DNA from: an uncultured Candidatus Bathyarchaeia archaeon
GTDB taxonomy: Archaea > Thermoproteota > Bathyarchaeia > EX4484-135
NCBI GenBank assembly: GCA_964449495.1
Contig: CAYUYX010000001.1
Span: 2,332-42,331, forward strand
Reading direction: 5' to 3'
DNA: 40,000 nucleotides
Part shown: positions 7,589 through 17,178 of the stretch, piece by piece
Position numbering within the stretch: position 1 is the first letter of the stretch
Layout of the letters: each line of letters opens with the position of its first letter
Translations under genes and position numbers: made by a program
Notes under the pieces: model-generated
Told to the model about the DNA's origin: nothing
Seen by the model: only the letters and a program-made list of their open reading frames with translations
The model's database searches: none

Positions 7589-9049
7589 TTAGCCTGCTGG
7601 GCCTTTTCTTTCTTTAAGCATGTCGTCGAGCACACGCCCATCGATGTCCCGTGGCATAGGCAATCCCAGCAAATGGAGCACCGTGGGCGCAATGTCTATC
7701 AACCTAGCGCCGGTTATCATCTTGCCCTTCCTGATAGAAGGGCCGTGGGCTATTAGGACGCCGTAGAGAGAATGCGTCCCCGTCCAACAGCCTTCCGCCA
7801 GTTTAGTCCACAAGAGATCCATAAGAGGGGCATTATATACGTCCGTGCGTTGGTAGTAGGCTATTATATCTGGGGCGTTCTTGTCGTTGGGATATAGCTC
7901 CCTGCCCAAGGTGATGAACTTAATGAGCTTGTAGCCCCCGGGGGTGATTATATCACGTATCTGATCGGCCAGCTCACGTGCGAACTCCCTGGCTTTTCTC
8001 GAGGAGGGGAAGAGCGTCCTATTAATGAATAATAGCTCCCCAGTCAGCGGTATCACGAGGCTCCTATCCCAATCTATGACGGATAAGTTCAACCTTTTTA
8101 ATCCCGCATCGGTTAATGGCCTATTGATGTCGCCTATGACCCGAAGCCTGTATCTGTAGAACTCTATGAGCTTATGGATCAGGTTATATCCCGGCATCTT
8201 GAGCAAGAGCTTGGCCAGCAGAGCGTTCTTGCTTAATCTTAGATATCCCTTTTCTACGAGCCACTTCCCGATGTTAAAGGCGTAATCAGCGCCCATGAAT
8301 CCATGATCGGATATCATGAACAGATGGAAGTCATGCCCGTACTTACTCTCGAGGAAATCGGTGAAAAGACCTATATGTTCATCTATCTTCGCCCATAGTT
8401 GGGCTATACGGTCTCCGTATATAGGATCTCCCTCCTCCATATCACGCCAGTAGTAGTGCTGGACGCCATCCGTATAAGCTATGCCCATGTGAGCAAACGA
8501 GGGATCGTATTTCTCGATGAGGTACTTCATTATTTCGAAGTCCTTATCTACTAATTTCATCACGTTTCTGAACGTCCCCTCTCTTTCGATCGCATACCTA
8601 GGTTCTAAGTAAAACTTGCCGAATTTGGCTTCAAGCTCTGTTTTCAGGCCTCTTGGAAGTACCCCCCTGTACGGGTTATCGAGGATCAGGCACCCCTTCC
8701 GGGTATCCGCCGATATTGTGGGCGGAGCTCTGAACTTATATACGCAAAACCTCATGCCATGCTCTGAGACGTAATCCCAGATCGTTTTCTCTCTGAACGG
8801 GGATAACCTGCACGTCTTCTTCTTCATGTCCAAGGTGAAGAAGTCATAGATACGCAGGCTACCTGGGCTCTTCCCCGTCGCATAGCATAACCAAGCCGGG
8901 ATCGTGTTAACCGGCAGTACGCTCCTGAGGGGGCCATAAGCCCCCTTCTTCATGAGCTCACGTATATTGGGTAGCCTTCCTTCCTCCAAGAGGGGGACGA
9001 GGACGTTCCACGATGCTCCATCCAATAATATGACCACCGCCGGCCTCAT
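7589..9049 (-). CDS. Alkaline-phosphatase superfamily protein (type I phosphodiesterase/NPP-like), divergent paralogue of 6044..7567
   Basis: 486 aa. Motifs are VVILLDGASWNVL, VLPVNTIPAWLCYATGKSPG, LFMISDHGF and WTGTHSLYGVLIAHG. There is an ATGA overlap with the upstream FkbM gene at 9046-9049. Confidence 0.85.
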   Translation of the reverse strand: MRPAVVILLDGASWNVLVPLLEEGRLPNIRELMKKGAYGPLRSVLPVNTIPAWLCYATGKSPGSLRIYDFFTLDMKKKTCRLSPFREKTIWDYVSEHGMRFCVYKFRAPPTISADTRKGCLILDNPYRGVLPRGLKTELEAKFGKFYLEPRYAIEREGTFRNVMKLVDKDFEIMKYLIEKYDPSFAHMGIAYTDGVQHYYWRDMEEGDPIYGDRIAQLWAKIDEHIGLFTDFLESKYGHDFHLFMISDHGFMGADYAFNIGKWLVEKGYLRLSKNALLAKLLLKMPGYNLIHKLIEFYRYRLRVIGDINRPLTDAGLKRLNLSVIDWDRSLVIPLTGELLFINRTLFPSSRKAREFARELADQIRDIITPGGYKLIKFITLGRELYPNDKNAPDIIAYYQRTDVYNAPLMDLLWTKLAEGCWTGTHSLYGVLIAHGPSIRKGKMITGARLIDIAPTVLHLLGLPMPRDIDGRVLDDMLKERKGPAG

Positions 9050-9756
9050 GTACTGACCACCGCCGGCTTAACGGCATATATGTGATATATCTTCTCTCCT
9101 CTCCTCGTATTTATTATCTTTATTGAAAAGCCTAGAGAGCGTAGATACCTGCGTACTTCCCCGAGGGTACCATGGCATTCTATTATCAATCGTACATTCT
9201 TGCTACGCCTTAGGGTTCTCTCCGCTCCTCTGAGCACTAAGAGCTCGGCCCCCTCGACATCCACTTTTATGAGGCCCACATCTCCTATGCCAAGCGCCTC
9301 AAGGAGGCTATCGAGCGATCTGCAGGGAACGGTGATGTAGGAGTTGGAGATTGGGAGCACGGAGTGCGATACCAGCTCCTCGGCCACATATAGCTTACAG
9401 TAGCCGTCGTAATCTAGGAGAGCCAGCATCAAGGGCCTCACGTTCTTGGCCCGCAACACCCTTATGTTCTCCACGAGCCTCAAATAGTTAAGTGGATGGG
9501 GTTCTATGGCGAGCACAGTTCCCTCCTCGCTTACCAATCTAGATGAGAGCATAGAGTACATGCCTATATAAGCTCCCACATCTACTACCACATCCCCTCT
9601 ATGGGGCTTAAAGTAATCAACGACACGGTGCTCGTTCATCAATATCTTGAAGGCCAGCCTCCGCAGTGCGTCTAGCGGGGAGTAGGCCACCACGATCAGC
9701 AAGAACTTAGCTACGATCATCCTCAGCACGTAAATTATATATCTAATCGATTTCAT
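9046..9756 (-). CDS. FkbM-family SAM-dependent methyltransferase
   Basis: Motifs are VVVDVGAYIGMYS (motif I), VLAIEPHPLNYLRLVENI and LIKVDVEGAELLVLRGA. The ORF is open to 9804 (TTG); the ATG at 9756 (MKSIRY) is the first ATG. Confidence 0.8.
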   Translation of the reverse strand: MKSIRYIIYVLRMIVAKFLLIVVAYSPLDALRRLAFKILMNEHRVVDYFKPHRGDVVVDVGAYIGMYSMLSSRLVSEEGTVLAIEPHPLNYLRLVENIRVLRAKNVRPLMLALLDYDGYCKLYVAEELVSHSVLPISNSYITVPCRSLDSLLEALGIGDVGLIKVDVEGAELLVLRGAERTLRRSKNVRLIIECHGTLGEVRRYLRSLGFSIKIINTRRGEKIYHIYAVKPAVVST

Positions 9757-12700
9757 CCCCCATCCGTGGATACTTATTCTTGTACGGGGCCTCCCTCCTC
9801 TCAAGCTTCAATATCGAGTAGCCCGGGGGGAGCAACACGTAGATGTTCAATATGGTGAAGAAAGCCCATCTAGTGAGATGATCTCCATCGAACTCTATTC
9901 TTAAGACACGAGGGGGTGTAGTATTCACCTTTATGGGCCCCATTAATTCCACGTCATCGAACCACGTGGCCGCATACATCTCCGTGGTATCGTATATATT
10001 ACCTGCGAGAAGTACTATTCTGATGCTCGTAATGTTCTTCGGTATATGTATCAGCTTGTAATATACGGTCCATCCTGACGTATGATGAGGATGTACGACA
10101 TAAGTTATGCTATTCCATGTATTATCGGTAGTGTTAAGAAACACCACCCTCACATGAGATCTATCAGCGTTTTCGGTTTTCACCCAGAATTTCAGCAGGT
10201 AAAGTTTGTCAGCTATCACGTCGAAGTCCAAGGCTATGCTCCCGCATCTTGCGTGCTCTATCTCGGCCCTAGTCTCCAACTTCAAGCTATAATTTCCACT
10301 TACCCTTTCTCTACTGTCTAGGCTGGCGCTCCAATTCCCGCCCCAATAGGCATACAGAGGTATCCACGGCGTTTCCTCGAAGAGGACAGGACCTATCAGT
10401 TCTAAACGATCAAACCATGTAGCAGTATAGCCTATCGTCGTGTTATATATATTTCCTGCGAGAAGTACTATTCTAACGGATGTTATGTTTTCTGGGACTT
10501 GTAGTATTTTGTAATAAGATCTCCAGGGGCTCGTCGGATCTGGGCACACGGCCAGCGATAGGCATCTCCACTCGTTTTCTAGTGGGTCTATGTACACCAC
10601 TTTCACGTGCGATCTGTCTGCATTAAATGTCTTCATCCAAAATCTGAGCAGATACACCTCCCCAGGCCTTACATCAAAGTCCTTGAACACGCTCCCGCAC
10701 CTAGTGTGCTCTGTCTCGGTGTAGCTCTCCAGCTTTAGGCTGTAGTTCCCATCTACCCTTTCTATGCTATCCAGGCTGGCAGTCCAATTCCCGCCCCAAT
10801 AAACATATGAGGGCGTCCAAGACACGGGAGCGGAGGCCTGTTCATCCCATTCCTCGAACGATTCCACCCTGGCCGTTGTGTTGATCTCCTGATTGGTGCC
10901 TATGACATATATCTTCTTGTGTTCTACATCGACTATCGTGGACATCAACGAGAAAATAGGTATGCTCCCGATTTCGAATGATTCTCTCCTTATGAGATTT
11001 TCCGCAGATAGGGCCTTAGGTTCGGGGTTAACCCTTATAACATAGAACCTCATGCCGTTAGCATCGGTCAGCATAAGTAATGGCGTGAAATACCGCAGGT
11101 CGAAGAACTTAGCCGGGGTTATCAAAGCCGTGTCGTTGACCCACCGAGCCAGATAATCGTCGTATAACAAAATGATGTCCTCTGGCTCTCTGTAAAACCT
11201 CCTTATATCTTCGCCGTAGGGATCTGGCGCATGGACTATGAGCTCCGCACGCCTCGATAAGCTCATGATCTTCGTGTAGGCCTCTTCGGAAGTGTTGGCC
11301 AGATATATGTCCCAGAGCGGTTGATAATAGACCTTCCCTTCCTTCCACATATTGTACATGCCTTGGACATCGGCGTAAAACGTAGAGACCTCATAATACC
11401 AATAGCGCCCGCCGATCGTAGATATGACGAGCAGATCCTTGCCCTTGCTGTACTCCTTTAGGAAGCTCCCGATCTCGAACACGAAGAACCTATCTTGGAG
11501 ATCTATGACATAAGGATGCTCTAGTATGCCGATATCATGTAAGCATATGTACAAGCTCATTCCGAGCACGAGCGAGAACGGTAATATCCTCTGCAGGCCG
11601 TGGACTGCGATCGTGGAGCGTGGTATTTTAACTACATGGAAAAGCCTAAAGCAGGGATATATGGCCGACGCTATTATGAATGGATATGGGAACTTCAGGA
11701 ATCTCAGGTATAAATCGAGCGGCTGGAGTATGTAGAAGAGGAGTAGGGACAGGCCCATGGTATTGAGATAAAGCAGCTTTGCGTTGTTCTCGATAGTGGA
11801 TAGCGCAAATCCTATATAGAACATAAGTAAGACCACGGAAGGGAACACATCTACGATGGATTTCGAGTAGGTATCCCATGGGCGGAGAGAAGGCTTCTGT
11901 GGGAATGGCCAGATCAACGACTTCGGTGGATAATCCCATAAGCCAGTGTGGAGCGCCAGCGCTACGCTCGCTAATGATGTAGCCAGCAGTAAGTTCAATG
12001 CCTTATGCTTCCTCGTGCTCCCAAGGCCGCCCTTAGCCCACAGGCTTAATGAGGCTAGGCATATGATACTTGCGTAGAGCCCCTCGAACTTATGAAAGAA
12101 TATCAGCCCTTCGATGAGAAATGCAGAGTACAAAACCGTGGAACGCACTTCCGCCTTGCTCATCAAGGAGGCAATTATCGTGATGATGACCACGAGGGGA
12201 AATATGTATCCTATATGGTATCCTATGATCCCCTCAGAGTATGTCAGGTACGTAAGTACAAAGACAGTGCCACAAAGACCGTATAGCCTAGCTTGAACGC
12301 CTAAGGTAAGGCGATCTCTATTCCGTGAGGCCATGATGTACAGGGCATGGAGAGCGTAGATAAACAATATCGTTATAAAGCATTTAGGTGCGGTATGCCA
12401 TGGGAAGATATGCGATTCACGATTGTTCATCAGCGAAGAACCTATCATAGATGCCATGAGGGCCATCGTCTCGTCATCCAACATGGTACGGAAGAATAGG
12501 AAGAGCACGGCTGCGTGCACGGGATATAGTACAAACCTGCTTGACCATAGGAGGAAGAGGGGCTCTTCCCTGATATCGGATAACGCCATGAGCACGGCGT
12601 ATAAGGTATGCATAGTGGGCAGGTAGCTCGAGTAAAACAGCAGGGGCCTGCCCTCCTCTACTATCCTCAGGGCGTAGTACGTATGCCTTACGTAATCGTT

Positions 12701-13183
12701 GGCGTTGGCGTAAGGATATCCCCAGAACAGTGTTATGAAGATGGAGAAGAGAAGGCCGTAGATACCTGCTGCCGCTATGTAGAACGCCGAGCTCTTGTCC
12801 ATAGGCTTATTGGCTGCCAATATTGAGGGAGCGCAGATGAGCAATAAAATGATTATAAAGATATAGATGTCAAGGGCATAGCTGACGTAGAGCACGGACT
12901 CGAGCACCACCATGAATATGGCCCCAAGGACCCACGCAACCAACGCATCTACCGAGAGCCCCACATCAGGCTCCCTTAGGAAACGCCTAAACATGAGCAT
13001 AAGGGATTTGCCTAATAGGAAGGGTATTATGAATAAGCACGGTTGCGCCAACAAAGCCCTCACGAACTCCGGTGTCGGATAGCCCCTCGTGATAGTTGCG
13101 AAGGCCAGCACGTAGAAGTACATAGCGGCGTTTATCTTATTTATTTTCAATAACCTATCTCGCCCTCCGCTTAAGTAAGTCAA
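9743..13183 (-). CDS. Large polytopic membrane protein (about 560-aa multi-TM N-terminal half), extracellular region with two tandem CBM-like beta-sandwich modules, and a C-terminal hydrophobic segment
   Basis: 1146-aa ORF with many hydrophobic stretches up to about residue 560. Two roughly 150-aa repeats each hold YWGGNW(T/S)ASLDS..R(V)(D/S)GNYSLKLE...RCGS...ADRSHV(K/R)VV...SVRIVLLAGNIY...ATWFD. The tail is WAFFTILNIYVLLPPGY. It lies among GT and methyltransferase genes. Confidence 0.8.
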   Translation of the reverse strand: MTYLSGGRDRLLKINKINAAMYFYVLAFATITRGYPTPEFVRALLAQPCLFIIPFLLGKSLMLMFRRFLREPDVGLSVDALVAWVLGAIFMVVLESVLYVSYALDIYIFIIILLLICAPSILAANKPMDKSSAFYIAAAGIYGLLFSIFITLFWGYPYANANDYVRHTYYALRIVEEGRPLLFYSSYLPTMHTLYAVLMALSDIREEPLFLLWSSRFVLYPVHAAVLFLFFRTMLDDETMALMASMIGSSLMNNRESHIFPWHTAPKCFITILFIYALHALYIMASRNRDRLTLGVQARLYGLCGTVFVLTYLTYSEGIIGYHIGYIFPLVVIITIIASLMSKAEVRSTVLYSAFLIEGLIFFHKFEGLYASIICLASLSLWAKGGLGSTRKHKALNLLLATSLASVALALHTGLWDYPPKSLIWPFPQKPSLRPWDTYSKSIVDVFPSVVLLMFYIGFALSTIENNAKLLYLNTMGLSLLLFYILQPLDLYLRFLKFPYPFIIASAIYPCFRLFHVVKIPRSTIAVHGLQRILPFSLVLGMSLYICLHDIGILEHPYVIDLQDRFFVFEIGSFLKEYSKGKDLLVISTIGGRYWYYEVSTFYADVQGMYNMWKEGKVYYQPLWDIYLANTSEEAYTKIMSLSRRAELIVHAPDPYGEDIRRFYREPEDIILLYDDYLARWVNDTALITPAKFFDLRYFTPLLMLTDANGMRFYVIRVNPEPKALSAENLIRRESFEIGSIPIFSLMSTIVDVEHKKIYVIGTNQEINTTARVESFEEWDEQASAPVSWTPSYVYWGGNWTASLDSIERVDGNYSLKLESYTETEHTRCGSVFKDFDVRPGEVYLLRFWMKTFNADRSHVKVVYIDPLENEWRCLSLAVCPDPTSPWRSYYKILQVPENITSVRIVLLAGNIYNTTIGYTATWFDRLELIGPVLFEETPWIPLYAYWGGNWSASLDSRERVSGNYSLKLETRAEIEHARCGSIALDFDVIADKLYLLKFWVKTENADRSHVRVVFLNTTDNTWNSITYVVHPHHTSGWTVYYKLIHIPKNITSIRIVLLAGNIYDTTEMYAATWFDDVELMGPIKVNTTPPRVLRIEFDGDHLTRWAFFTILNIYVLLPPGYSILKLERREAPYKNKYPRMGDEID
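9925..10819 (-). repeat. In-frame tandem duplication (period 453 nt = 151 codons) inside the 1146-aa gene
   Basis: The identical 15-mer ccaattcccgcccca (WGGNW) occurs at 10331 and 10784, which gives the 453-nt period. The flanking protein repeats align over about 148 residues, and the DNA copies are clearly diverged. Confidence 0.85.
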
Positions 13184-14372
13184 TATAGAGTTTTACTAGC
13201 TTCTCGGCTATGGCCTTAGGCATCCTATGGCGTATGAAATAATTCACGTCGCTACTGGATATCCTATCCCTTATCCTGTCGAGGTCTCTGAGGACACTGA
13301 TGAGCGTGTTAGAAAGCCTCTTACGTGATGTGTAGAAGACCAAGATCCCTTCTAGGTCCTTGTACTCCAATAACATCAAGGTCTTGGTGAGCACGATCGG
13401 CTTGCCCAACGTTATGACCTCTGCGACGGCGCCGCTCGATCCTATGACCATCTTCTCATCATAGGGGAAGCAGAACACAGAGGCCTTCCTAAACACCTTA
13501 TGGAGCTTATCGGTGCTTACAAAAGTCGAGCAAATAAAGCTGACGTTCTTTTCCACCCCAAGCTCTCTGGCCAATCTCACGAGCTTATTGAGGTACGCCC
13601 AGGTGGTCTGGTGGGGGCGCACAGAGCCTATTATTATTAGCCTGGCGTTCGGTACTTGCTCGATAACATCGCTGAAGGCTTTTATCAACAATTCGAAGCC
13701 CTTATCCTTCCTTACCGTGCCATAGCTCACCACGAGCTTTTCCCCTTCGTGATCGCAGACCTCACCTACATCAGCAAGCTTGTATAGCTTCACGGCTTGA
13801 AAGGGTATTACCGCTATTCTGTCCTCGGCTACCCCATAATGCTCGGTGAGGACATCTCTTCCCAGCTTATTGCCCACTATCAGCTTATCGCTGAGTGCGT
13901 CGATAAGCCTGACCATGGCTCTTAGCAAGAGCCTGAACAGAGGCACGGGGAGGCGTGCGAGGAGTCGCGCTGAATCGAGGCTCTTATATTTTATCAATGA
14001 TTTGTCATCTAATGGAATGATGGTGTGAAGGGTAATTATTATGGGCGCCCTATTCAACAGCCTTATGAGCATCAGCAGGACAGGGAAGAACATCCCCTTG
14101 AACCTGCTTCCGAAGAGCGAATACTCATAATGTACATGGACTACGTGCGGCCTCGACTTCACGATAGCCTTGGCAATATCAATTACGTAGAGAGGGAGCT
14201 TCCTCTTGAGACTCCAGCCGACCACGATATCATCACGAGCGGAGAGGCCCATTAATTCCACACCCTCCTCCGGCGTGATGAGCGTGTCCCGCACGCCCAA
14301 CTTCAGCAGTTCCTCGTGAATGTCCAGAACCTCGAACCAGCCAATGGGAGCCACGCTACAGATACCTATCAT
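13155..14372 (-). CDS. Glycosyltransferase, GT-B fold (family 4 / group 1-like)
   Basis: 405 aa. The segment KLVVSYGTVRKDKGFELLIKAFSDV...ARLIIIGS...FCFPY..VIGSSGAVAEVITLGKPIV follows the usual GT4 C-terminal domain pattern. Confidence 0.85.
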   Translation of the reverse strand: MIGICSVAPIGWFEVLDIHEELLKLGVRDTLITPEEGVELMGLSARDDIVVGWSLKRKLPLYVIDIAKAIVKSRPHVVHVHYEYSLFGSRFKGMFFPVLLMLIRLLNRAPIIITLHTIIPLDDKSLIKYKSLDSARLLARLPVPLFRLLLRAMVRLIDALSDKLIVGNKLGRDVLTEHYGVAEDRIAVIPFQAVKLYKLADVGEVCDHEGEKLVVSYGTVRKDKGFELLIKAFSDVIEQVPNARLIIIGSVRPHQTTWAYLNKLVRLARELGVEKNVSFICSTFVSTDKLHKVFRKASVFCFPYDEKMVIGSSGAVAEVITLGKPIVLTKTLMLLEYKDLEGILVFYTSRKRLSNTLISVLRDLDRIRDRISSSDVNYFIRHRMPKAIAEKLVKLYIDLLKRRAR

Positions 14373-14448
14373 AGGGCCCCCGCCCTACTCCTTGAGGCCC
14401 ACCCATATCAAAAGTGGTCGGCGGCTGAGGAAGGCGGTCCCTTCCGTT

Positions 14449-15495
14449 TTATTGTATATACTTTCGTGCATATTTTCTCCTCAACAGCGCCTTAGTTTGC
14501 TCGCTTATGCTCTCCAGAAAGCCCATGATGAGCCCCATCTTCCTTAATTGTTTATCCCTGAGCTTCCTGATTTGTTGAAACACGCCCCTCTTCCTCATAA
14601 GCCTAGGGAGTTCCCTCAAGACATCTGCATAAGCCTTTACCACGGACAGTATCAGGTAGGGCTTTCTCTCGAGGAAGCAGAATAGGCTTATCGAGGCAAA
14701 GATCGTGTAGATAATGGTCAGGGCGAGCATACGTAGCATGTTGGCTCCCTCGGCAAACTTTATTATATTTCTTAATTGGTTCCTCCACAAGAGGTACATA
14801 TGACGGCTTGACATGGCGCCCATGGTAGCGCTTACCTTGTGCCAGAATTTCGCAGTAGGGATCAGGAAGACCTCATGGCCCATCAACCACGCCTTCCACG
14901 ACAGCTCGTAGTCCTCTGCGACGCAGAAATAATCTCCATCGAATCCCCCCAGCCTTAGGAACAAATCCTTAGATATCAGGAGCCCGCAGCCATCGGCATA
15001 AAACGTCATGATCGGCTTTCCCCCGGGGCTAGAATACCTCTCCCACGTCCTGAGATGGCGTGCGAAGCCCCAGGCCGTTAGTTTTCCTCCATGATATATT
15101 ATCACATCCCTCGTCCCGTACTTAAGCATCACGCTCCCATAAATGGCGTCCGGCTTCTCCATAGCCGCTCTTACCAGCTCTATCAGCCAGTTCTTGTCCA
15201 GAACCGTATCATTATTGATCAAGGCCAGGAAATCGCCCTTACAGTATCGTGCCCCTATGTTGTTGCCTTGGGCGAAGCCGTAGTTCCTATCAAGCCTGAT
15301 CAATTTGACCTCCGGGTAGTTCCGCTCGATATACTCGGGAGAGCCGTCTGTTGACCCATTATCGACTATGACTATCTCGTATTTATCCCTTGGGTAATTC
15401 AAATTGGTCGCAGAGCCAAGGAACTCATCCAGGTGGGCCATCCCGTTATAATTTAACACTAAGATCGATACGAACGGGAGCCCTCCCCTCCTCAT
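14449..15495 (-). CDS. Glycosyltransferase family 2
   Basis: Motifs are FVSILVLNYNG, EIVIVDNGSTDGS, RNYGFAQGNNIG and NNDT. The ATG at 15495 forms an ATGA overlap with the stop of the upstream GT2. The ORF track extends to 15597, but that overlaps the upstream gene by 106 nt. Confidence 0.85.
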   Translation of the reverse strand: MRRGGLPFVSILVLNYNGMAHLDEFLGSATNLNYPRDKYEIVIVDNGSTDGSPEYIERNYPEVKLIRLDRNYGFAQGNNIGARYCKGDFLALINNDTVLDKNWLIELVRAAMEKPDAIYGSVMLKYGTRDVIIYHGGKLTAWGFARHLRTWERYSSPGGKPIMTFYADGCGLLISKDLFLRLGGFDGDYFCVAEDYELSWKAWLMGHEVFLIPTAKFWHKVSATMGAMSSRHMYLLWRNQLRNIIKFAEGANMLRMLALTIIYTIFASISLFCFLERKPYLILSVVKAYADVLRELPRLMRKRGVFQQIRKLRDKQLRKMGLIMGFLESISEQTKALLRRKYARKYIQ

Positions 15496-16391
15496 AGTAT
15501 CTCCACCTTCGTCGATGATATGGGCCTCCAGAGGCTGTACCGCTCGTACCTTTTGAACAACATATCGGTGAGGGCTAGGGCGTAGCATATTGCCCATATG
15601 GAAGCCATGAGAAGTATGCGATGTAGCTTCCGCACGCCGATGGCCAAGCCCTTTATGAAAGCCCGTATCAGTCTGGCGGGCGTTCTCCGCTTGACGATTA
15701 TGCCGCGGCGTCTTAAATATAAGATGTGGAACGTGTCCCTCCTCTTCTGCTCTATGTAGTCCCAGATATTATCGGGTTGCTTCATATAGACTACGGCCTT
15801 GGGCTCATGGATCACCTTATAGCCCTTAGACTTGATCACGAAGTCTATGTATAGCTCGGGCACCATGACCCACCTCGGGATGGGCCTGAGCAGCTCAGAT
15901 CTCATGGCCGTCATGCTCCCGAAATCAACAGCTAAATGCTCAGGCTCGTACAGCAAGCTGTAATGGATGTGGGCTATGAAGCCCCATGTCGTCCTCCTAT
16001 CGTTGATGGGGATAGCACGTCCCACGACGGCCCCCACTGACTTATCCTCCTCCAGGGGCATCAAAAGAGCCTTAATAGTAGTCTTAGACGACAGCCTGGT
16101 ATCGGCGCACAGTATGACCAATACATCGCCGTCTGCGTTTTTGATTATCTGGTTGATGGCCCATGTCTGCCCCAACCTCTTCGTCTCGCTGATGAGTTTT
16201 ATCACAGGATACCTCCGGGCGAGTTCACGAACCACCTCCACAGTCCTATCAGTGCATCCATCTGCAACGACCAACACCTTAGCGATGGAGAACCCCTCGG
16301 GGAGCTCTTGTCTTAAGATGTCTCGTAGTATATATCTAATATTACGTTCCTCGTTATACGCTGGTATCCCTACGACGACCCTCGGGCTCAT
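15492..16391 (-). CDS. Glycosyltransferase family 2 with C-terminal membrane segment
   Basis: 299 aa. Motifs are VVGIPAYNEERNI, VLVVADGCTDRT and ILCADTRL, with a hydrophobic C-terminus LLMASIWAICYALALTDMLF. Confidence 0.85.
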   Translation of the reverse strand: MSPRVVVGIPAYNEERNIRYILRDILRQELPEGFSIAKVLVVADGCTDRTVEVVRELARRYPVIKLISETKRLGQTWAINQIIKNADGDVLVILCADTRLSSKTTIKALLMPLEEDKSVGAVVGRAIPINDRRTTWGFIAHIHYSLLYEPEHLAVDFGSMTAMRSELLRPIPRWVMVPELYIDFVIKSKGYKVIHEPKAVVYMKQPDNIWDYIEQKRRDTFHILYLRRRGIIVKRRTPARLIRAFIKGLAIGVRKLHRILLMASIWAICYALALTDMLFKRYERYSLWRPISSTKVEIL

Positions 16392-16392
16392 G

Positions 16393-17160
16393 TCATCGCA
16401 GCCTTCTACGCCCCCTCATGGTATTATAATGCGAGATGGTATAAATCCTCAGTTTTAGAAGGGACAGCCACATCTCTACGATGGCCTTGACGAGTTCACT
16501 AGATAATATACTTCCTAGCTCAACGTGCCTCCAGTACACGCCGAGTTCTTTGATATTGGCGCCAGCTTTCACGGCCGAATACAATAGATTTACGTCGAAA
16601 GCGAAGTTCGTTATGACCAGGGAGTCCTTAATTATCTCTATAAGTCCCTTCCTCACGGCCTTGAGACCGCACTGCGTATCCCTGAAGTCCTTCAGACTGG
16701 GAAACAATAGCCTGACCAACACGTTAAAGGCCCTACTCAAGAAGAACCTCATCAAGGTAGGTCTCTTGATCAGCTTAGCGCCCTTAACATATCTAGATCC
16801 TATCACCATATCGTGATCGTCTATCATGTTAGCTAATCTCATGAGTTCCTCAGGATTTGTTGGCATGTCCGCATCGCATAAGATCAGCACATTTCCCCTG
16901 GCCACCTCAAAGCCCTTCAGGAGAGCTCCTCCTTTGCCTAGCCGCTTACCAAATACAAGTGGTATCACCCTCGGATCGCTTCTAGCAAACCTCATCACTA
17001 TATTCGGCGTCTCATCGGTGCATCCATCCATTACTATTATTATCTCCACATCATCACGATCGTTTATATAACTTAGCAGGGCTTTCAATGTCCTCTCTAT
17101 TCTCCTAGCCTCGTTGTACGCCGGTATGACTATGGATATGCTACGCTCCCCATGGCTCAT
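16393..17160 (-). CDS. Glycosyltransferase family 2 (dolichyl-phosphate hexosyltransferase-like)
   Basis: 255 aa. Motifs are ISIVIPAYNEARRIERTL, IIVMDGCTDETP, LGKGGALLKGF, LCDADMP, IGSRY and TQCGLKA. Confidence 0.9.
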   Translation of the reverse strand: MSHGERSISIVIPAYNEARRIERTLKALLSYINDRDDVEIIIVMDGCTDETPNIVMRFARSDPRVIPLVFGKRLGKGGALLKGFEVARGNVLILCDADMPTNPEELMRLANMIDDHDMVIGSRYVKGAKLIKRPTLMRFFLSRAFNVLVRLLFPSLKDFRDTQCGLKAVRKGLIEIIKDSLVITNFAFDVNLLYSAVKAGANIKELGVYWRHVELGSILSSELVKAIVEMWLSLLKLRIYTISHYNTMRGRRRLR

Positions 17161-17178
17161 GTCCGTTACAGCTGACTT

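Noticed and set aside
11109-11939. Minus-strand ORFs 11109..11348 and 11646..11939, and several plus-strand ORFs (10082..10321, 11526..11735, 12092..12826) inside the 1146-aa gene
   Set aside because: They are alternative-frame or antisense ORFs nested in a long gene with consistent membrane-protein character, and they have no motifs.
9743-13183. Possible AglB/STT3 oligosaccharyltransferase (large polytopic protein; GLWDYPP resembles WWDYG)
   Set aside because: The motif is not WWDYG, and it is followed by further TM segments instead of the soluble C-terminal domain. I saw no convincing first-loop DxD-type motif. The protein is left as an unassigned membrane protein.
15967-16458. 163-aa plus-strand ORF, and similar ORFs at 16481..16816, 16826..17071 and 17318..17542
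   Set aside because: They are antisense to well-supported GT2 genes and have low-complexity Ser/Leu/Thr-rich products.
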